A DNA stretch of 64,000 bases from an uncultured Nitrososphaeraceae archaeon (GTDB lineage Archaea > Thermoproteota > Nitrososphaeria > Nitrososphaerales > Nitrososphaeraceae): positions 128,001 to 192,000 of the forward strand of contig CAVXZB010000084.1 of NCBI GenBank assembly GCA_963765895.1, written 5' to 3'. Positions 58,233 to 64,000 of the stretch are shown here, piece by piece (the first letter of the stretch is position 1; the number at the start of each line of letters is the position of its first letter). The notes beneath the pieces are model-generated. The model searched no databases, was not told the DNA's origin, and worked only from the letters and a program-made list of their open reading frames with translations. The translations under genes were made by a program, and so were the position numbers.

Positions 58233-59009
58233 ATGAAGCCATACGAGATTAGTCGAAACGGGAAAACAGATTATAAACAGGTACTTCTAACTTTGAGTAC
58301 GTCTTTAGGTAAATTAACAAGCATATTCGTAATCTTGATCATGATGACACTGTCGATGGTTGGGCTTTCCGCCAAAGCAGCTCCTTCAGGGATCGAGATC
58401 GGGAAAACATCGTCATTTATTGATGAAAACGGAATTATGCATGTGTACGGCGAGGTGAAGAATTTTTCAACCAAGCCCGTGGCAAATGTAGTGATAAAAG
58501 GTTCATTTTATGGTAACAAAGGCAACTTATTAAATGTATTCAGTAGGTCACCAGAATTGAATATTATTAATCCGGGAGGCATTTCGCCATTTGAGATTTT
58601 GTATATTGACAGCAAAACCGTCAATCAGGTTAGAAATTTTAAGATATCAATCGAAACTAACCCAGGACCGACTGAGGGTAGGCTAAAAGCCACGGGACTG
58701 AGGGTTAGTCCATCTAATTCTAGACTAGATATTTTTGGCTTTTACTATATCAACGGAGAAGTAACCAACAATGCCAATCATAGTTCTACAAATACTCTAA
58801 TTATTGCCACACTGTACGACAAAAGCGGAAATGTTATTGCAATAGGGAGAGGCTTAGCCGAGCCATTGAATATTACTGATGGGGCCAGTGGTGCATTTGG
58901 TTTAGCAGTATCAGAGAAATTACAAACTTACAAGACAACAGCCATCTCATTAATCGCAGATTCTGATGAGTTTACTTCTGCCCCCGTATTTACCAGGGCC
59001 AACAGATAG
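58233..59009 (+). CDS. Secreted FxLYD-domain protein
   Basis: Signal/TM helix and two repeats with GEV.N, GSFYG and ATLYD. Confidence 0.8.
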   Translation: MKPYEISRNGKTDYKQVLLTLSTSLGKLTSIFVILIMMTLSMVGLSAKAAPSGIEIGKTSSFIDENGIMHVYGEVKNFSTKPVANVVIKGSFYGNKGNLLNVFSRSPELNIINPGGISPFEILYIDSKTVNQVRNFKISIETNPGPTEGRLKATGLRVSPSNSRLDIFGFYYINGEVTNNANHSSTNTLIIATLYDKSGNVIAIGRGLAEPLNITDGASGAFGLAVSEKLQTYKTTAISLIADSDEFTSAPVFTRANR

Positions 59010-59142
59010 TATGAATCAGAAACGATCTCAATTCTGACATTCAAATATTGTTATTCTAGAATTTCTTCTTCTTTTTTGCATAATAATCAAATCAAATAAG
59101 ATGCTCAACTATCAGAAGAAGTAATATCGGTAATATCAGCAT

Positions 59143-60064
59143 CTAATCTCGATACGGAACTCGGACTACCATTAAATCTTCGGCTGCATTCACATTTTCA
59201 TGTATTGATTTGGCCTCACTCACCAATTCGAACGTATTACTGTACCTTGCGCTAAAATGCGTAAGAAGCAGTTTCTTAACTCTTGACCGTGCTGCTTAAC
59301 TGTGCTGCTTCCTTTGCAGTTGAATGAAAATTCAGTGCTGCCTTTCTTTTCAACTTGTGACTATATGTTGATTCAAATACTAGAACATCGCAGTCTATAA
59401 AGAATCTTCGTAGCTTTTCTGATGGCCTAGTGTCTCCTGATATTCCTACTTTGCGACCAAGTCTTCGGGATCCCACTATCTGGCTAGATAATATTGTTTT
59501 CCCTTTATAGATAATGTCTTCCCCATTTTGTAGCCTTCCGTACAGTTCTCCCTCAGGAATACCCAATCGTTTAGCCTCAATAATATTAAAAATCCCTGGC
59601 CTTTCTCCTTCAGTAAGACAGAACGAAAATGCCGATGTAGAATGGGTTGCATTACAACATGTAACATCATAATCCTTTTCTCTTACTACTAGCCCTTCAG
59701 ACTCAATAGTGTGGAGATTCACGTCATAAGATAGACCAAAATTAATGATTCTTGTATTCTCATTTACGAACTCGGCTAATTTAGGTTCGCCATAAATATC
59801 TATCCTATTTTCCCTACCCTGTAACGACATTGTTTGTAACAGACCTAATAATCCAAGACAATGATCCGCGTGCATATGTGTGATGAAAATCTTCATCTTC
59901 TTGTTCACTCCAAGTTTAGACTTTATGTAGTTAAGCTGCATTCCTTCTCCGGCGTCGAACAATAAAACCTCGCTCCCTCGAACTATGGCAAGAGAGGAAA
60001 GCCCTCTGTCTGAAGTAGGAGTTGCGGCTGAAGTTCCAAGAAATGTTATCTGCATGTCTACCAT
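59143..60064 (-). CDS. rnz: Ribonuclease Z; +1 frameshift at about 59296
   Basis: FLGTSAA.P, FDAGEG, THMHADH, SGDTRP and FHST. The shifted frame gives LLLTHFSARY...AAEDL and stops at 59143. Confidence 0.94.
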
Positions 60065-60249
60065 AAAATCACCCCGCAGCCCTAGCCTTATGTCCTCGCT
60101 CTAAAGGCATATTGCTTAAAAACACCAATGTGTTAAATGCATCCCCCTTCAGATACTATCATGGTTTATACTTCTAAAACGTGTAAAGGGAATTCCTGAG
60201 GTGTCGGCATCGTATAAAGTCTTGTAGCCTGGTAGTATATAGATCAAGT

Positions 60250-61158
60250 TCAGATAGTATTAGTGATAGCTCGCAGAGGTGAGCAGATGATCGGGCTGAG
60301 ATCTACTTTTGCAAACTCATTAGGAATAGAATTTGTAGCAATAATGTCGTTTACACCGGCTGACATGATCTTTTGTGTTGCATTTTTAATAAGAAGTGCA
60401 TGTGTGCACATTACAAATATTCTTCCGAGTAGACCAAACTGTCTTAGTGCCTCGCATGCTTTAACTATACTGTCTCCAGTGCTTATAATGTCATCCAGAA
60501 TAATTACGTCCCTTTTGCCGAATTGATATTGAGATTCTCCACAATCAATTGTTACTTCACCGGTAGATCTATCGCGACTCTTATTTAGAGCAATAGAGTC
60601 AGTTCTTAATATTGATGCAAGTGCCTTTGCCCGAGCCATACCTCCCAGATCTGGCGAGACAACAATTGGCATATCCAATTTCAACTTTTCTGCGGCGTAG
60701 TTTGCGAATAAAGGTATCGAAGAAAGATTTTGTACATCGATTTTAAAGTGCGAAAGTGACACTTTGCTATGAGCATCCACTGTAATTAGCTGCTTAATGC
60801 CAGCACTTTCCAGTAGGCTGGCTATTAAAGACATCGTAACTACCTCTCCTGGTAAAAATTCTCTATCTTGTCTTGCGTATGCCAAATACGGAATTACTGC
60901 AATAATATTGTTGGCTTGCACTTCAGAGCATTTTCTGATCATCATCATAGCGTGTAACAGATGTCGATCTGTTGGTGGATAAGTAGATTGTACAACGACA
61001 CAAGTCTTTTTTTGGATAGGGGGTAATCGAATCTTGCTTTCCCCATCAGTGAAGATGCAAACTTCTGCAAGGATAGGCGTTACATGTAGGTTGGCTGCAA
61101 TCTTTTTTGCCAACTCAGCAGAAGACGGACCAGATATCACTGAAATATCATCAGGCAA
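60250..61158 (-). CDS. prs: Ribose-phosphate pyrophosphokinase
   Basis: FTDGE, PYLAYARQD, VDAH, VSPDLG and LDDIISTG. Confidence 0.95.
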   Translation of the reverse strand: MPDDISVISGPSSAELAKKIAANLHVTPILAEVCIFTDGESKIRLPPIQKKTCVVVQSTYPPTDRHLLHAMMMIRKCSEVQANNIIAVIPYLAYARQDREFLPGEVVTMSLIASLLESAGIKQLITVDAHSKVSLSHFKIDVQNLSSIPLFANYAAEKLKLDMPIVVSPDLGGMARAKALASILRTDSIALNKSRDRSTGEVTIDCGESQYQFGKRDVIILDDIISTGDSIVKACEALRQFGLLGRIFVMCTHALLIKNATQKIMSAGVNDIIATNSIPNEFAKVDLSPIICSPLRAITNTI

Positions 61159-61429
61159 TCTAACAGACTGTTAGATTATCAACGTTATTAAAAGGATTAG
61201 CAATACAGAATTTAAGAATAATCAGCCGATGAAATAGATTCAGATAGCAACATAATTATTAGTTAAGTTAGGCTTCAATTTTCGAAAATTCCACCAGTTT
61301 AGTCTGCCAGTGAACTGTTTCGAAAAACATAGCAGAAGAGTTGTAATAAGTAGCTACAGTAAACCTGCTATAACAGAATTTCTCGATGGAATCATGCCAA
61401 ATCTCATCAAGGCCAAGAGAGTAGTTCAG

Positions 61430-61940
61430 CTATTTTTGATCCAATGTGAGTCTTTGGTTAATATTTTCTTGTTCGTCGAATTTAGCTAACTCGGCTAAGA
61501 GAAATTCTTTGTATTTTTCCTTTTCTTGTTCAGTCATTCTATCCAAATTTGAACTGAGTGCAGATCCTATTGCAGAAACTCTATCGATTAGATCAAATGC
61601 CATAAATTTGCCCACATTTCCCACTCTTAACATTACATCTAATTGCTTTTGCATTATATTATGTAGAGATTTCATATCGGCGAGCTGTGTTCTCCCCAGA
61701 CGCTGTTGTCCTATATCTACCGTTTTCTACCTCATCAATTAGACCATCTTCTAGTAATCTTCCAAGCATAGGATATATCAAACCCGGAGAAGGTCTCCAT
61801 TTTCCGTCACTATCATTAATAGCTCTATCAATAATCTCCTTTCCTGTCATTGGCTGTTCTTTAAGTAAGCCCAAGACATAATGCCTAGAAAATCCTCTAG
61901 GAATAGAACTACCGACCCGAGAAAACCAGTGAGAAAGCAT
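61430..61940 (-). CDS. PadR-family transcriptional regulator; +1 frameshift at about 61682
   Basis: PRG..R..VL.LL...PMTG.EI, WRPSPGLIYPML and Y.TT..G. Confidence 0.88.
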
Positions 61941-62054
61941 ACCAATACTAATATCACTAGCGACAGTTATATTCTTTTCCTTAAATAGTTATGCTGCGAA
62001 AAACGACTGATTTCAACACCCGCTGCGGTTCGACTGGTTCAGGAGAACCGCTAA

Positions 62055-63245
62055 TTGTCGCCCTCAGAACAAGAACGTCATCTCACAGGAATCGCTATTG
62101 CACAGTTAGAATCGTCAATTAAACGTATCAATAAATTACGTTATAAAGTTAGATCACAATCAGACATCGAAAAATGGTACGACGTAGTAAAGGAATACGG
62201 CCACAATCTAGGTGGGCACCAGGATGGCAAGTGGACATGTACCTGCGCAGATTACTTATACAGAGGTCTTACTTGCAAACACATCTATGCAGTTTCGATA
62301 TCCAAGGAACTTCGCAAAAGAATTGTAGTAGAGGAATACCAGCCGTCGTCATTACCGGTATCGATAGAATGTCTTAGATGTAGATCAACTTCCATTAGCA
62401 AAGATGGAAGACGTAATAATAAGAGCGGATTTGCGCAAAAATATCTTTGTAAGGCATGCAATTATCGATTCATATCAAACATAGGCTTTGAACATTCACA
62501 GAAGAATCCTAAAGTAATTTGCGCGTCGATAGATCTCTATTTTAAGGGAGTTTCATTACGAAAAATCGCGCACCATATCAAACAATTCTACGACGTAGAA
62601 ATCCATAACACATCAGTTCTAAGATGGATTAGGCGTTTCGGTGAAGTGGTTTCGCCCTTCGTAGATGGGCTATCACCAAAGGTTAGTGGCATTTACCATG
62701 TGGATGAAATGATGATCCACACAAAACGTGAGCGATTAGAGATTGGGAATTATCAATGGCTGTGGAACCTGATGGACGATACTACGCGTTTCTGGATAAG
62801 CAGTATGGTGAGCCAGAGGCGTGAGTTAAATGATGCACGAAATGTTTTCAAGGATGCAAAACGCAAGATGAAAATTGCGAAGGCAATCATACATGATGGC
62901 TTACCGTCATACGACGGGGCGTTCCAGAAGGAATTGTACACATCCAAGAACCCTAGAGTTCGAAATATTAGAAGTATCTCCGTAAGAAATCAAGGGCTAA
63001 ACTCTAAGGTGGAAAGGCTAAACGGCACGATACGCGAACGCGAGAAAGTCATGCGAGGAATGCAACGGAAAGAAACCGCGCAGCAGATCGTTAACGCTAT
63101 GAGGATTCATTATAACTTCGTTAGAGAGCACCAAACATTACAGAAGACTCCGGCAGAGAAAGCAGGAATACGATTAGGTCTAGGTGGAAATAAAATCGAA
63201 AGTCTGATCCGACTAGCCAGTAAGAATAATCAGGGCCATCTATAG
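62055..63245 (+). mobile_element. IS6-like DDE transposase/integrase with N-terminal SWIM finger and Zn ribbon
   Basis: SWIM CTC..(x9)..CKH, Zn ribbon CLRC...CKAC, HTH GVSLRKI...VLRWI, and DDE residues HVDE, IHDG and VERLN. AGGAG RBS at 62041-62045. Confidence 0.85.
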
Positions 63246-63308
63246 ATGTATTATCGAACTAAGATAATTATAATTGTCTTAATATTAAGCACAATAGAAG
63301 CTCTGTTT

Positions 63309-63744
63309 ATGGTTGACTTCCTGGGATTGTTCGGAATTGCGAGCTACGATTTCGTTACCAATTGCGGCTGCTGTAATCGGAATTGGAATAGTTATTTGAC
63401 AGGAGTTAAGGAGGCAGGATAATAGATTCGCCCAGACCACCACCGAATTGAGAGATTTGAATAGATTTCTAACGAGTATAACTTTGAGTCAGATACAGGA
63501 GAAGATATCAGTCTTGCATAATTATTCCAATTCGCAGACTGAGGTTATTCAAGGTCATTTAGACACAATTATTTCAGATATTAGAGCATTACAGCACATA
63601 CGTGATTTGCTTACAGATCCACAAAGAGAGGAACTTGGTATCATAAGAGGCAGATTCGTTAACAGGTCGGATCTACCGGATATAGTAAATCGAATAAATG
63701 CAGCATTTGAAATTATTTTTTCCACGACTATTCGGGAGGTTTAA
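63309..63744 (+). pseudogene. Membrane-anchored helical protein, interrupted by a +1 indel (about 63341) and an in-frame TGA (63397-63399)
   Basis: Corrected reading: MVDFLGLFGIAATISLPIAAAVIGIGIVI*QELRRQDNRFAQTTTELRDLNRF..., in frame with ORF 63448..63744. Confidence 0.5.
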
Positions 63745-63883
63745 TGGATTCTAAATGATGTCTGGCCGATTCTATTACGAATTCGGATACGGTGCGATAT
63801 GTCCCTAGCTTTTGAACCGCTACTTCGACGATTTTATCCGCCAATGGCTGAGGGATCTTTACTGTGGCATACTTGACTAACAT
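63728..63883 (-). CDS. Ribbon-helix-helix (CopG/Arc-like) protein, 51 aa, below the ORF-track cutoff
   Basis: MLVKYATVKIPQPLADKIVEVAVQKLGTYRTVSEFVIESARHHLESIKPPE: alternating beta strand (YATVKIP), helix, then TVSEFV..SAR. Confidence 0.75.
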   Translation of the reverse strand: MLVKYATVKIPQPLADKIVEVAVQKLGTYRTVSEFVIESARHHLESIKPPE

Positions 63884-64000
63884 GAGAATAATATATGGAA
63901 TGAGACTTTAATACCTTTGTATATATCCTTATTCTGTAATAATGTTAGCTAACAAAGTATAAATATCGGCGTAGCTCATCCAAGACTCGGATGCAGAGCA

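Noticed and set aside
30946-60064. Apparent pseudogenes or programmed frameshifts in ABCE1, tktC, glmS, GGR and rnz
   Set aside because: These are single-base indels in essential genes with otherwise intact motifs, without slippery heptamers and with a shared sequence context. Sequencing error is the better explanation.
62021-62051. GGTTCGACT resembling a tRNA T-loop or att site next to the transposase
   Set aside because: No T-stem, acceptor stem or anticodon arm can be built; it is kept only as a simple hairpin.

Overview
This window is archaeal chromosome from a soil-type ammonia-oxidising archaeon (Nitrososphaeraceae). The assignment rests on the 16S 5' end ACUCCGGUUGAUCCUGCCGGACCCGAC, a tRNA-less 16S-23S operon with an unlinked 5S gene, a PEF-CTERM surface protein, cupredoxin, a TktN-Rpe fusion and a TFB paralogue. 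Most of the window is core genome: 16S/23S/5S rRNA, rpl31e/rpl39e, rps13/rps4, aspS, ABCE1, EF-1beta, CDC48, SufS/SufU, non-oxidative pentose phosphate genes, glmS, prs, RNase Z, two geranylgeranyl reductases and two AAA+/VWA pairs. Accessory DNA lies at both ends. On the left are a C2H2-finger protein, a GH5 endoglycoceramidase-like enzyme and a complete 956-bp IS5-family element with TIRs and a 9-bp target duplication. On the right are a SWIM + Zn-ribbon + IS6-like DDE gene with no visible TIRs, a broken membrane protein gene and an unannotated ribbon-helix-helix gene. About 14 genes, several of them essential, are split by small indels. Most of these indels fall at GCWGC or GTAC, which points to methylation-linked long-read errors rather than real pseudogenes. 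Other observations are a cUACGg-capped 17-bp RNA hairpin, a 42-aa Cys-rich microprotein, and a wHTH/S-layer-like regulator divergent from glmS with 13-bp direct repeats between them. I found no CRISPR array and no tRNA. All product calls come from motif recognition by eye; no database search was run.
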